From Geosiphon pyriformis uo1 (Eukaryota > Fungi > Glomeromycota), in NCBI GenBank assembly GCA_016748015.1, contig JAAOMT010000011.1, positions 110,735 to 174,734 of the forward strand: 64,000 nucleotides of DNA, read 5' to 3'. The notes below the pieces were generated by a model that saw only the letters and a program-made list of their open reading frames with translations, did not search any database and was not told the origin of the DNA. The position numbers were made by a program, and so were the translations under genes. Positions 48,151 to 63,300 of this stretch are shown in pieces (position 1 is the first letter of the stretch; each line of letters starts with the position of its first letter).

Positions 48151-51100
48151 ATTTTAAAAAATATTTAAATTTAAATTTGATTAATTTTTTTTTAATAATT
48201 TATTTATAATAACTTTAACTTAAAAAAACTTATATAATATTAAAAAATAATTAACTTTATTATAGTATTTTATTTTTTTAGCAATGTAATAATTGTCTAT
48301 AATATTTTTGAAATATAAAAGTTTTTTTTTACAAATTACAAAGCTATAATAATTTTTGTAAATTTAAAAAAAATTTTAAATATGTATTTTATTATATATA
48401 AACAAATTAATAAAAATTAATAGAAGTTTAAATTTAAAAATACCAATAATTTAGAGTAAATTAAATTTAAAAATGTTTTTATATTTTAAACTATTGCTAT
48501 TTTAAATAGATTTAAAAAATTAAAACTTGTTAATAATTTAAATATTATATGAAACTATGTTAAAAATATTATGTATTATATTATTAATTGGGTGTTTTTA
48601 AAGTCTTAATATAATATATTTTTATAAATTAAAACTTTTAATTTTTAAAATTTTTAATTTATTTGTCTTAATTTTGAATTTTAATTATTTTATGTATAAA
48701 TAATTATAAAAAACTTCTTTTTCTTCTTTGTCCCAAAATTTTAAAAAAGAGTCAAAAGTTTTTTGAAAGAAGTTTTTACAATTCAATATGATAAATCTTG
48801 ACTACAAGACCACTGTTGGCTGTAATATTGCTAAAGTTTCTGGTTTTGATAGTGGTTTTAGATCTGTTTTTCCAAGAAAGAAAAGAAGAAACAGCATTTT
48901 AGAAGATGGTTCTTATAGGGTTTGGAAACTAGTGACATCACTGAGTCTGAAAGTATTGACATGAAAGAAAAATGTCTGATAGAAGAGACCAGTTTTGATT
49001 ATGGTGAAGATGGTGCTCTTGTTGAAGAAAATCTTGATCAAACACCTACAGGCTCAAAAGTCAAAACCAAGAAGGCATTGGGTAAATCATTGGAAAACAT
49101 TAATTTCTCACCAAACAGTAATGACAATGATGTTTTTTTGGGTACTTCACTGGTACTCCCCCCCATCTGTGAAAAATTTGGTCAATGTTTCTGTGCGGAA
49201 ATCTTTTGTTTTAGATATTAGGTTGGACAAGGTGGTTGGAAAATTCTCTCAAGAAAAGCTTCAAGTGATTAGAAAGCTGTTTTCAAAAGTCAATGGTTTT
49301 GGAGAGGCCTTTACTTTCTTAAAATTTGCTGGAATCATCAGAATGATGTTCTCTTCCAAATTGAGTTTTGTGCAGGCTTCAAAAAAAGCTAAAGAAGTAA
49401 AAATTCTGGTAAACACCAATCTCAAGAAATCTTCTGGGTGCTCAAATTGAGCTGTGATATTAAAAAAAATTCTTGTTGGTATCTCATTGGAGGCTGTGTA
49501 TGCTGCACTATCTGAGTTTGGAGTTATTAAGTTAATCAGGATGCAGTTGGTGGGTTTATGGCAAAAGACTGTAGTTGAGTTTAACCAGTCAGATTAGGCT
49601 GAGTTGGTCACAGCTAGATGGTCTATTCTGATTGGGAAAGATACAGTACATGTGGCTAAATCAGATTTAAATAAAAAAACATGAAACATAAGAGATCATT
49701 ATAGGGTGCTGCTCTATACTCTTCCAATAGAAACAAATACTCATGACATATGGGATTTTATTGGTTTTATGGATGGAAAAACTTGTGCAATTGATTATTA
49801 TTCTGTTACATATACTCAGACCAGATGTGCTGTTGTTTGTTTTGATTCAGCTGAGTCTTTGGATGCTGTTATAGAAACCACTCTAGTCTTGAGGAGCATC
49901 ACTCTGCACTGGTCTTATTTGGGTTATTCTAAATGTACTAAGTGTGAGAAAATGGATCATATATCATTGGGCTGTTCTGTGAATAGAACTTTTTCCTCTG
50001 GAAAAGCCTTTTGCAAGGCACTTTCAGATGTAGATAAAAGCAAACTGGCCTCCATTTATGTCAAGCATTTGGCTCTTATTGCTTGTTCTGTTGCTTTTGG
50101 TGGTGTTTTTTGGGTTAAGGTTGCTAGCAGTTTTTCTTTCTCTCTTCTCTTTGTTTACAATAATTTGGCTCATTCTGGTTCTTTTTCAGAGGTAAAACCT
50201 CCCTTGTCTGTGTCTGTGGAATTGAATGATAGGTTTGCTGCTCTTGAGCATAGTCTTGCCAGTCTCACAGAATGTGTTGATAAGTTGGCTAAAAGTTTGG
50301 ATGCACCTGGGCCAATAATTTCCCAGCTTAGCCCTAGATGGTAACTCTTTTATCACAGAATCAAGGAGTAGATATAGTAATGAGTGAGGGTTTGAATGTA
50401 GCCACTGGTGGTAAAACTATTGCAGAGGTGGTGATTTTTGATTCTTCAGTTGTCAAAAAAATAGAAGAAACTTTGAACAATCTGTCAATTACAATAATGG
50501 GTCTTTTAACTAAAATAGACAATACTGGTTTGGTTTCTGTTGTTCTTTCTTTTCAATGACAGATCTAATTTGAAAAATTGCAACATGCAATATTAGAGGC
50601 ATAAACAATCCTGCAAAGCAAAAAAATATAGTGTATTGGCATAAAAAAATGAACAATTTGATTTCCATTGTTGCTAAGACTAAATTGAAGAATAAAATTT
50701 GCCCATAGATCATGAACAAGTTGATAATGTCCATGTCTTTATTTCTGATGTGAATTTGGATTACTTGGATTTAGGCATTGCTGTCATTATGGACATTTCT
50801 TTGGCTTGTCATGTGTGCAAAGTTTCTAAAGTGCCTGGTCAGATTTTTTCTGTTAGATTGCTTTTCAAGAATAAGCTTTCTGTGTCAATTTTGGGGCTGT
50901 ATGCTGGTACTTCTTCAGTGGTTTGGTTTTCTCAGGCTGATAACATCAACTTTCTTATTGCAAAGACTGTGAATGAATTTTCTTTCATCATTCTTGACAG
51001 TGACTTCAATAAGAATAATTCTCGTAAGTGCACCAGTTTCAAGAAGTGTTTTGATTTGGGTCTGGTCAACTCTTTGGCCAGAAGCTTGTTTGCTAAGATA

Positions 51101-51809
51101 CCAACATAAAGCAATTCTTGTGGTATCATTCAGACAATTGATTATGTGTTTGTTTTTTCGAATTTGATTAATGCATTGGTGGGTTACAATGTGGCTGATG
51201 TTGCAAATTATTTTGATACTGATTATGTAACTGTCTCTGTTTCTGTGGGTCTTGGTGGTCTGCTGAACATTTAGTTGAATTCTCTCTATAGGCAAGCCAA
51301 TAAGGATTATTGGAAGTTTGATTTCAAGGGTGCTGATGACAATAAGTGGAAAAATTATAAAAATGCTATGTTGGCCAATACTGAAATGCTCTCTAATGAA
51401 TTCGCTACTACAGTAAAATTCTCAGATTTAGATGCCATGTAAAATGTTTTGTGCATGTTAATGAATCTTTCAACAAATAAAATATTTAAGAGGATATGGT
51501 TCAAAGATTTTGATAGTGTCTTCACCAAAAATTCTTCAAGATTTTATAAGCTGAAACTTTTGGTTTTGAAGTTTGTTAAGACCTCTCATGAGGAAAGTAT
51601 TGTCAATTTTGTCTCCCTCATAAAGTGTTAAGGCTTTTTGGACAGTACCAAGGCCTTAATTATTCAGGATTTAATTGACTTTGGTGCAAACTTTGATTGC
51701 ATTCAATCTGTTCTCTCTGGCATAAGGAAATCATATTGTGTATTCAAGCTTGCTAAATCTTTGGCAGCTAAAAAAGCACATATTAAGACTGCTATAGAAA
51801 AAAAGATGG

Positions 51810-52791
51810 TATTACCAGACGAAATTAGAGATATTATTTAGCATGAAATTATCTTTATAATTTTTATCATTAATTAGCATATATTATTGTTCAAAATTAT
51901 CACTTATTACATTAGCAAAATGTCCGAAATTATCATTTAATTAATAATCCAATTTGTATATAACATAAATGTAACTTAATTACAATAATTAATTATGCAA
52001 TATCCCAAACTATGTAACATTCAAAAAGTTCACTAAAATTTGTAAAAATTCACCGAAATAATTGATAGTTTACTGAAATATCTAATAGTTCACAGAAATA
52101 ACTTGTAGTTTACTGAAATGTATCTTTAGTTCAACAAAATTGTAGAAAATAACAAAGTTCAAGTTCAGGGAATAGTGTTATGACAAGTTGTATAAAAGAA
52201 GAGCTTCTTTTTTCGAGAAAATGTATCTTACTTGAGATTTAACAATTAGAATTATCCTTTACACACAAAAACAAAATAAATATCAAATAAATTCAAAAAA
52301 CCAAATTCTTTAATTATTGCACTTAGAAAATTCTCAAAACCCAACTAACGTTTTGAAATTGATTAGCTACCAATTTCAATAAACTGTTAGTGACTCCAGG
52401 CCTGGATCGAAAATAATTTCCTTAACAGAATTCAATTTTCTTTTACATTTCTTTTATTTTTCTTTTATTTTCTTATCATAATCATTAGGGTAATCTACAG
52501 ATGAGATTCCTGTAAAAGAGTTGACTTTCACAGCAAAGTAACTACACATTTTTAGTGAGCTTCTAGATGAGCAATTTTTGGGAAAGAGTTGACATTTACT
52601 ACAATGTAACTACACAAAGCAACTGGCATGGAATTGGCCATTCCACTTATAAGCCTAGCAGTTCAAATTATAGGAGATAATTTGAAGATAAATTCAGTTA
52701 TTGGAGGTTTAAATACTTCCCATAGTCGTAAATTAACAGCATTACAACAAACATACAAGAGCTAAGAAGAGACCAAAAACCTCTGGTAACA
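51810..52791 (+). mobile_element. Solo LTR, family A subfamily
   Basis: TATTACC...GGTAACA termini, ATGG TSD; host ORF2 rejoins as KKM|ESF. Confidence 0.93.
52191..52207 (+). promoter_or_regulatory. Putative LTR TATA box, TATAAAAGAAGAGCTTC
   Basis: Conserved in family A-type LTRs (also ~22225 +, ~27200 -, ~47155 -). Confidence 0.65.
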
Positions 52792-55700
52792 ATGGAAAGC
52801 TTCAAGATAAATAAGAATCATATTATTAGGAGTGTTCTGGAGTGTTTCTTTCACAAAGTGGTTCTGGACCACCTGGTTGTTAATGATAAGCTGATTTTGG
52901 AGCCTAATTTGGTTAAATTTAAGGTAGATGTTATTATAAAAGGTTGGACCAGAAAGTGTAGTGTAATTGCTGATGTTCCTGATGAATGGTCTTGCCAATA
53001 CCAGTCTTTAGATTATGTTTTTGATAAAGCCTTTTCTGATGTGATGGGTTTAGTTGAGTTTAGTAAGTTGTCTAATATGGTTTCTAATCTGCTTAATAGC
53101 AAAGCTGCTGGTCTTTTAAACATTGCAAATAAGCTTTGGAAACATTGTGACAAGTTAATTTTGGATATGCTTTTAGTGCTTTTGAACTTTTGTCTATTCT
53201 GTGAATTTGTGCTCAGGTCTTGGAAAGAGACTTGGGTCTCAATGATTCCTAAATCATATGAGTAAGAAGGTGTTCTCATGAATACTTATTCTATTGCTTT
53301 GATTAAAACAGCTCACAAGATCCTTTCCAAGATTTTTTCCAATAAAATTTTTTTGGCATGCAGCACTTTTAATGTCTTTCGTGGGGACAATTTTTCAGTT
53401 TTAAAGGGTACAATGACCCAGTCTCCCATTTTTGCAGTTAGATTAGTGGTTAAAAACACATTGGAAAAGAATTGGAAGCTCTGACTGGTTTTGCAGAACA
53501 TGCAAAAGACATACAATTTGGTCGACTAGGAACATCTTGAAAAAAGCTTGGTCAGAATTAAGATGTATGGTAAGTTTATTCAGTTTTTTGGTAGTATTTA
53601 TAGAGATTGTACCAACTGGATGATGACAGACTTTGGTTTGACAGATAGTTATTGTGTATATGATGGTCTGGATCAGAGAGAGGTATTTTTCCTTCTTCTG
53701 TAGTGCATATTTTATAATCCTTTACTGTGTAAAGTCAAGTGTTGGAAGAGTATGTATGAGTATAAGTTGAATTCTTATTTTATTTTCAAGTGTGGCCATG
53801 CTAAATCTCAGGCTGGACTTTCTTCTTTTTTTATTGCTGGGACTTTTGTTAACAATACAATTTGGGTTGGTAGTAGTTAGACTGCTACTCAACATATTCT
53901 CAATATTGCTGGTGAATTTTTTTGGATAAATGACATTTTTATCAATAATAATAAGATGGTGGCCATTTTTATTAATAGTATTGTCAGCAATCCTTCTCTT
54001 TCTATTAATGGCTTGCCTATCTCTATTGCTAAAAAGAATGAATCTTATTGGTATTTGGGTATTTTTCTTTTAACAGAGAATTTCTCAAAGCCTAGTTTGG
54101 CTAAGGTAAATTCAAATGTTTGTTTTTTCACCAATCTGGTTTTAAGAAAGACTGTTTTGGATAAGCAGCTTTTGTATTTGGTGTTGGCAGTTCTCTATTC
54201 TATAGTCAGTTATAGAACACAGTTCAGCTTTATTTTTGTGGACATGTGTAACAAATGGGATGCTTTAATTCATAAGAGCTTAAAGCTTAAGTCTGGTTTA
54301 CCACACAATTTTTCTAGTGATACAATTCACCATCCATTATTTTATGGTTTGAAATCCTTTGTTCAAGTTCAGTTTAAGAGTAAGATTGCTTTTCTTGTTA
54401 GTTTTGTGAACTTTAGTGGTATCTTGGGTCATTTGTTTTCTTATAAGTCTCATAATTTACAAGTTTTGTGTTGGTATTCTGTTTATCCATTAAGCTTTTT
54501 TGTTCATATTCATGTCAGTGCTTCAGATAACTTTCTGGCAGGCATGATTAAAGTTTTTCTTGATTGCAATTTGTCTCTGGAAGGCTCTTTGGCCAATCCC
54601 TTTCAGTTTCACAGTGGGGTTCCAATGTCTGCTATTCTGGGCGAGTTAAGATTTTTTAGGTTTCTCCCCTTTCTTCAGAGACATGGTATTGCCTTTGTGG
54701 ATCAACTTTGTGATCATCATGATGCTATTTTTGATTGGTACATCTTCAAGTGTTAGAAGAAATTAGATCCTCATGGCCCTGTTTCTGAGTAGTTCAAGCT
54801 ATCTGTTGCATTTCTTGGTGGTTTGGATTCCTCTTCTACACATTCTTTGGTTTTGGGTAATATTGGTTCTTTAAAAGTTCTTGAATCTAGTGATTTTAAG
54901 TCTGTTTGTATTCATCTTTCACAGGCTGAAACCAGCAGTTTGTTAGTATATATGAATGGGTTCTTTTGTAATCTGGGCACAGCCAACTGTAAAACTGGTG
55001 CTGCTGTTTTTTTTGAAGATATTAATTTGGGTTTGGACATTGGTGTGTTAGGCTTAATGTCATCTACTTTGGTGAAATTGCAAGCTATTGCACTGGCTCT
55101 GGAGTGTGTTCCCACATCAAGCTCTGTTTATTTGTTCTCAGATAGTTAATCTGCTTTGGATGTTTGTAGATCAGAATTGGGTCTGGTGTGTTCCAACTTT
55201 TGTAATTAGTGTTGAGTCAAACATCACCATATTGTCAATGTTATTTGCAATAAGGATTTGAGAGTTAGCTGGCACAAAGTAAAGAGTTATTCTGGTGTTT
55301 CTGAGAATAAGCACATTAATGCAATTGCTGGTACTACTTCTTTTACTAATTGGTATCTTCTTTTTTGCTTAAGTAAACACTTTATAATGGCTAATGATGG
55401 TGTTGTTTCTGGTAATTCCAAACATTTTGTCCATGATATTTATCATTCAGTTTGTCATGCTTACTGGAAGATAGATTCTGGCTCTAAGTTTTTGGCTGGT
55501 AGTTTGATTTCAGAGATTAATTGGCTTCATTCATCTTTGGTGTGGCATCTTGACTTGTATATGGTCTCTAGCTTCACCAGTAGACTTTCGGCTAATGTTC
55601 ATACCTATTTCATAAAAGCTTTGCATCATTAACTGCTTGTTGTTATACAAAAGTGCCTGTATAATAAACATTATCCTAGTGTGTTGTGTTTATATTGTGG

Positions 55701-56428
55701 TGATATTGAGGTGTCAGATTATGTGTTTTTTTGTAGAATTGGTGAATCTGCTTGTCATTAGTTGTTGGAATTTTGTGTGAATTTCTGGAAGACAATTTCT
55801 GGTTTCTTTCATTCTTTTTTAGGTGTATTACAGCTGCTGTCATCCTGTATGTCTGATTCCTTAGTGTTCATGGCTTTTTGTAAGAGTTTTATTTTTAGTA
55901 GATGGTTTTATAAAACTGTCTTCATCTTCTGCAATCTTAAGATCACTGGTTTGGAGATTGTCAAATTTGTAAGCTCTCTTGGTCTAGCTTTCAGAGAAAA
56001 TATTTGGTCAGTTTGTGTTAAATATCAAGCTTATATGAAAAAAAATGGGTTGATTCCACTTGATGGTTTGAATCTCATTCCAGTTTATGGTTTGGCTTTA
56101 AGGTTTTCTGCTGGAATTGTCAAATTGCTTGGCATCACTGAAGCTTTTGGTATTTGGTTTGGCTTTTACAAATCTTGTTTGTTTTTTTCAAGTATAGATA
56201 ATCAAGTTTTAGTTCATATAGTTGCATAGTATTGTTCTGATTGGCCCGAATGACTGGTCATGTATAGAAAGTGCATGATTCACACCTAGTTTAGATCATT
56301 TCTTTAATGTATAGCACTAAGAAGTGTTTGGACTTCACTTATTAAGTGAATAAAAAAAATAATAATAATAATTATTAATAAATTTTTTAAAAACTTTTGT
56401 AGTTTAAATTTTAATACATAATAATTTT

Positions 56429-56578
56429 AAACTTAATACTATTAGATTGATTTTATTTAAAATTATAAATATTATTGTTTTTTAAAATTTTGTAAATTAA
56501 ATTAAATAAACTTAATACTATTAGATTAATTTTATTTAAAATTATAAACATTATTGTTTTTTGAAGTTTTGTAAATTT
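56429..56578. repeat. Tandem duplication of a ~70-80-bp AT-rich unit
   Basis: AAACTTAATACTATTAGATT...TTTTGTAAATT occurs twice. Confidence 0.8.
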
Positions 56579-56639
56579 TGCAAAATTAAATTAAATTAAA
56601 TTAATAATAATTTTATAGTTAAATTTTTTATTTTTTTAT

Positions 56640-57141
56640 TTTTATATAATTATTAACCAAATTATTAATCTAATTATTAATCTAATTATTGATTTCTTTT
56701 TAAAAATATATAAAAAAGATTTTTTAAAGCCATAAAAATTTATTTATACTTAAATTAATACAATAATATCAATTTTTTTATTTTTATTTTTATTTTTTTG
56801 ATTTGTATAATTATTATTTTTTGTAAAGTATATTAAATAAATATTTATTAAAAAATACAACTAATACTTAATATTGAATTTTAAAAATATTAATATAAGA
56901 CATAAAATTATATTAATATGTTATTTTTTGTTAATAATATAAACTATTTTTTTATCTTTAGATTCTTTTATTATTTTTTAAAAAGAATAATAATTAAAAT
57001 ATTTATAAAATTGATCTTATATATTAAATTTTTATTAATTTAATTTATTTATTAAAGCTAAATTATTTTTTTAATTATTTTATTGTCATATAAAACTGGT
57101 TTTTTTTTGTTATCTATTAGTTTGTTAATTCAATTATAACA
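56640..57141 (+). mobile_element. Partial degenerate family E LTR
   Basis: Ends TATAACA; reverse-complement match to 5287-5870. Confidence 0.6.
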
Positions 57142-57327
57142 TTATAATTAATAAATATCTACAAAACTTTGTTAAAAATAAAGACTATATAATATGTAAT
57201 ATTTTTTTTATAAAATAGTTTTTGATTATTTAATTATAAATAATAAGTTTATTTTAGATTTTAATAATATTAAATTAACTGTTAACTTTAATAAAAAAAA
57301 TTAAACCAAAAAATACATTATTTCTAA

Positions 57328-60300
57328 TTTTTTTTTTTATTAGTTTAATGAATGCAGTCTAATTACTATTTAGCATATAGAAACAAACAAGATGAATCAA
57401 ATTAAACATGGCTCATATGCTTTCTACACATGATCAACCACTTGGGCCAATCAAGACAGCACTATATACTCACAAGGATTCCATCACCATTATCCAGTCT
57501 CGAAAAGAACAAATACCAATTTCTAAAACCAAAACTAACAGCAAAAGACTCGATTATACTAAGCATGCAAACTACATCCTCAGATAATAGACTAAACAAA
57601 CCATGTAGAGGAACAAAAAATTCACCCAAGTCACAAATCAAACCACTTTTTTCCATGTTAATCTTAAATTTAGATCTCAACAACCATGTTTTACTATAAT
57701 AACTCTCAGTTAAATAACAAACAAAATTGATGACAATAGGAATGGCACTTTTTTTATCACCAAAAACAGCAACAGCCTCCCTAATCCAATCAACAAAAAC
57801 AAAACCTTTGCACAGCTTCATATACACATTGCTATCCAAGACTTCTGCAAGAGTAAGAAGCACTGAAGATGAAACCAAGAGATGATCACCCACCAAAAAC
57901 TTCCACAAGTTGACGTGGCCGGAAATAACCTCAGAGTACACTACCAGGTCGGTGAAGCATGTAAAAGCATGATCAGAGAATTCAACTTCTCCACACATCA
58001 AGCACAAAACACTTAGGTAGCACTTGTCATACAGTTTTTTTTGGACAGCTACTGGCAACCTTCTATGCACAGTCTTCATTAAATAAGTACACAACGCAGC
58101 TGAATTTTTACTAGTAAAATCTGCCAACATATGAGAGTCTGGGTGCCAAACAGAGGTGGTATACTCCCAGTCAATACACCTGATGTCCGAACTGTCCAAA
58201 ACATTCACTCCAGGCCCAGCCTCCCATAAAGCCTAGTTTACAACATAATATATGTCACGAACAAAATGCTTAGCATTACCAGAAATGGCAAAACCATCTG
58301 CCATGAGAAATCTATTAGAAACACCAACTGGAAAAGCTAAATCAAAGTGTGCTACAGCACAAGCAAAAGCATTTGCATGATTATTGTCCATAATACCTGA
58401 ATGTTCTTTCATCTTAATCCATCTTACTAAAATGTCTTTTGATCTGATTAAATTAGAAATATGACATCTCTCCATCCAGCAATGATTATGAAAGTCAGAT
58501 TGGCATAATTTACTCTCCAGCACACAGGCATCCAAAGCCACTTGGCTATCCGAATAAAGCACCACAGAGCACGATAAAGGAACGCACTCCAATACCAAGG
58601 CAATTGCCTGGAGCTCAGCTAAAGTGGATGACAACAAACCCTGAATTTTTACACCCACACTCATACCAACCTCAGAAAAAAAAGCTGCTGCTCTACAAGT
58701 TACTTTGCCTGTACCCAGACCATTCAATAAATTATCAGTATACACATTCAGTTCCCTAGTCCAGACTTCATGCAAACATTCACGAATGCACAAGTAATCA
58801 TCTGAACAAAAAAATTCAGAGCAGCTTGCTCTAGCTTCGCTTACCTCAAAACTTGCCAAAAAGCCATTCACATGCACAAAAGCTCTTGTAAACCATGAAG
58901 GCACTGGGCCCTTAGGACTCAACCTTTTCTAACACCAAAAGGTCTTCCAATCCATGACCCGACCACACTTAGTAATCAGAATATTTCTAAAAGCAATGCC
59001 AAAGTGCTTCAAGGAATGCATTACATCAAAATAATCATCAGCTCCAAGAATTCTAGACATCGGAAAATAATTGGTACCATGGAATGCACAAGATATATGA
59101 TTGAACAAAAAAATATTTGTATCAATAAAGATCCTCACAACACCTGTTAAGAAGTTATTCAAGGGACACACTCTTAGTTTGACTGGATGGCTTAGAAGAT
59201 AAAGTGGAGCCCACCCTAAAACTTGTAAATCCAAAGCATGGTGCACAAACAAATAACCAAGAATCCCAGATGCATTAGAAAAACCAATCACTAAGGCAAT
59301 TTTGGACTCAATCTGCACCTGTTCGAAAGATTTCAGACTATACAATGACGGATGATGTAAAGCTTTATTAGGAAAGTCTTTTGGCAACAAAGCCTTAGAC
59401 CTGAGATCCTTTCTGACCAGAACATCTCACCTTTGACACACTCTTTTAGTAACAAAACTGAACTGAGTGTGATAACAGATAATAGGCTGAAGGACTGCCG
59501 AAACCAAATAAAAGAACTGCTTATTCGATATAGCCTTCCTGAAGACCATATTAAAAAAAAATCTAACATCTGCATGAGTTTTAGCAAAACTTGGCTTGAA
59601 CAGACCCTCTGTTGACAAAAAAATACCCAGATATCTATGAGACTCATCACCTTTTGCTATGAAAATAGGCCTATCACTAATTAACAAGGAAGCATTAACC
59701 ACTCTTGGATTAATAAGAATGACTACAGTCTTGTCATTATTTATTGAAATATTATTAATCTCGAAAAATTTGCTTGCAATATCTAAAATGTGCTGTGTCA
59801 AAGCCTGACCATTCCCCACCCAAATTGTGTCATTAACAAAAGCACCAGCTGCAAAGAAAAAAAATTTACCACTACTAGATTCAACCCTGCCAGACTTTGC
59901 CACAAAATTCGAAATGATTCTATATTTACACAAATGTTCTTGCCTTTTGATCTCACACAACAAAGGGTCATAGAAAATTTTCTATAGAAGTGGAGAGAAC
60001 ACCTCACCCTGATCCAACCCATCATGGACCACATATTCATCTGAAAGACCAAAGTCAGTCATAATCTTATTGACCCAGTTGTTATAAATATTGTCAAAGA
60101 ATTTTATGAAGTCACCACACATTTTGATTTGCTCCAAACTGAACTTTAAATAATGCCAACCAACTGAATCATATGCTTTCTGCATATTCTATAAGACCAA
60201 CCAAATTTCATGACCTTTTTCCAAAGCATCTTCAACTATTAAGCCAACAGCAAAAATGGGAGACTGAATTGAAGTGCCTTTTAAGACTGAGAAGTTGTCA

Positions 60301-63300
60301 CCATGCAGAACACCAAATTTGCTATATGCAAACGAGATATGATCTAACAAAACCTTGAACAAAATCTTTCTAGCAGTCTCAATAAGTGCAATCAGTCTGG
60401 TGTTTATTAGAATTCCATTCTAGTCATATGGCTTGGGGATCATAAATATCTATGCCCTCTTTCAAGAAACAGGAACATCACCAACCTTTAAACAAGAGTT
60501 CAATAAATCTAGAAGACAAACCATCACACCATCACCACTATGCTTCCACAACTTATTGGATATGTCAGAAAAACCAGTGGCTTTACCATTGGGCAATCTG
60601 CTAACCACTGAAGACAATTTGTCTGAACTAATTTCACACATTACTCCCAAAAAAACATTATCACCTACATGAGCCAAGGAGGCATATTGATGAGCCCATA
60701 TGTCAGATAAAACAAGACAACACTTTCTTTTATGAATTCAGTCCACCATAATCTTATTAACTTTGGTTCGAGAATCAGCTCATCCCCAATTACCAAATAG
60801 TCCAGAACAATTTTATGAAATGGCTATTCCAAAATGCTTCTAATCATGCCACTTTTATTTGAGTTAAAATTTTTCATATGCTTATCAATTGCATCTTTAA
60901 TGCGTCCACTTTTGGCAAGTTCAGCTTTATAGTATTTGGACTTTCAATATTCTTTCTTAATTTTTGACAAATGACCATGTAAAACATCTGATTTCAAGCC
61001 ATTTTGGAGCATAACTGTAAACTTAGAAGCCTCAATATTGTCTAAAATCATCCAGACTCGCACAAGGCTATCAAACTCAGACACATGACCTGAACACAGA
61101 CACTTTAAAACTTTCACAACCAAAAATTCCAATCCGAAAAACCTCAAAGACTGCTTATTTCTTGGACCATCAAATTCGCAAAACCAATGTTTAGAAAACA
61201 CTTTATTTGCTAAACCACAGACTGCATCTTTTAGGACCTCCCACATTCCATCCAAGTTACTATTCTTCTTTGCGACCAAAAAAGAATCTGAAGACAAACT
61301 AAAGCAGCCGAAGAAAGTTCTTTAAAATGCACCCACTTAGCTGCATCCACATTTTTGATCCCAAATTTCCATCAGTCCCTATTAGCTTGTCTATGAATAT
61401 TATTTAGATGAGCATCTACCAAGCCTTCTAACCATAATAAGACACCAACCATGTTATGATTGGTATTAAAAAAACCAGACACTAAAGCAATCTTTTGCCC
61501 AACTACAGCTGAGACCAGATTTTCACTTATAAAAATGTAGTTAATAACTTTGTTGATCCCTTGTGAGTTGCTCCAAGTACTAAGTTTGTGCACAGGAGAT
61601 CCACCCAGTGAGTTAACCAAACCCAAATCTGAGCACTTCTTGAAACTGGCACACTTCTTGGCCTCATTTTCATTGAAATCACCACAAAGCATCACAAAAG
61701 AGCTCGTATTTACAGCCTTAAAAATGAGCGAGTTAATGCCAAAAGCTTGAGCAAATCTCATCTTGGCCAAAACACCAGCATACAAATCCAAAAATGTCAC
61801 CAAAAGCTTATTCTTAAACAACAGGTGAACAGAAACAACTCTGCCAAGAACTTTCTCAACCTTTGAAACATGGCAAGCCAAAGAGCCACACATCACAATA
61901 GCCACACCTGCACCAACATAACCTTCTTCTAGACCAGAAGTGAAGATTCTAACTCCTTCAAACTTGTCTTTTATCTAAGACCTGATATTTGATTTTAATT
62001 TAGTTTCAGTAAGAACAGAAACCATGTTATCAGATTCCAAATGCCACCTAATAATGTCCTTCTGTTTTGCTAAATTCGTCATATCTCTAACATTACATGT
62101 GGCAATTTTCTACATAGTCATTGGGAAAGTCAATCAATAGAAACCATATCAGCATTGTCTATTTTAGCCAAAAGGCCCATAACCATAATTGCAAGATTTC
62201 TCAAAGTATCCTCCATTTTCCCAATAACAGAATTGTCAAAAATTACTGCTTCCATAACAGTCTTACTACTAGTGGCCACACCCAAACTCTTACTTATCAC
62301 TATATCTGCTCTTTGATTCTGCAATAAAGGGGTCACCAATGGTTGATGTCTAGGGCTAAGCTAGGAAACTATTGGCACAGGTGTAGTCAACCTCTTAGCC
62401 AGCATATTGACACACTCTGTGAGACTGGTAAGACTGCACTCAAGAGCAGCAAACCTATCATTGATTTCTACAGCAGCTGTTAAGGATGGCTTCATCTCTA
62501 AAGAAGAGCCAACATTCTCTGAAACAACCCGGTCAGAAAGAGGGGGAAAAGAAAACCCACTTGCAACCTTTACCCAAGAGAGACCACCAAAAAAAATAGG
62601 ATGAGCAACCAGTACAGAACATTTGGCATATATTGCAGCCAGTCTGCTTTTATCTGAATCTGAAAGCACTTTGTGGAATGAATCACCAGAAAAAACCTTT
62701 CCACTCTCAGCACAGCTCAATGATGTATGACCTAACTTTTCACACTTGGCACATCTAACAGAAACAAGACTAGACCAACGTAAATTAGAGTCTCTGAATA
62801 CTGGTGTGGTTCCCATGACAGCATCTAAAGACTCAGCAAAATTGAAGCAAACAACAGCACACCTGACTTGAGCATATGTAACCAAATGGCGATTAATAAC
62901 ACAAGTTTTCTCACTTACAGATCAAACAAAGTTCCAAATATCATGAGCATTAGTTTTCATTGGCAATGTATAAAGCAGCATTCTATGATGATCCCTCTTA
63001 TCCCATAATACTTTGTCTAGATCAGCTCTGGCAATACATATGACATCTTTTTCAATTAGAATAGACCACTCAACTGCGACCAAATCAGCCTGATCCAATT
63101 GCTCAAATTCTACCAAAGCTTTTTGCCACAGTCCCACTAACTGCATCTTGATCGACTTAATAATTCCAAATTCGGACAGTGCAGCACACACAGCCTTAGC
63201 TGATGTACCAACTGGAATTTTCTTTACCACCACAGCCTGATCTGAGTGACTAGCAGATTTCTTGAGATTGGTGTTTACTAAAATGTCTGCTGCTCTTGTT

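Larger units (their letters stand above)
48709..56359 (+). mobile_element. Full-length decayed LINE copy 3 (ORF1 ~48820-50559; ORF2 50556-56229, EN-RT-RNase H), interrupted by a solo LTR
   Basis: Shared 5' end, all domains in order, 3' UTR and A-rich tail at ~56350. Confidence 0.95.
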
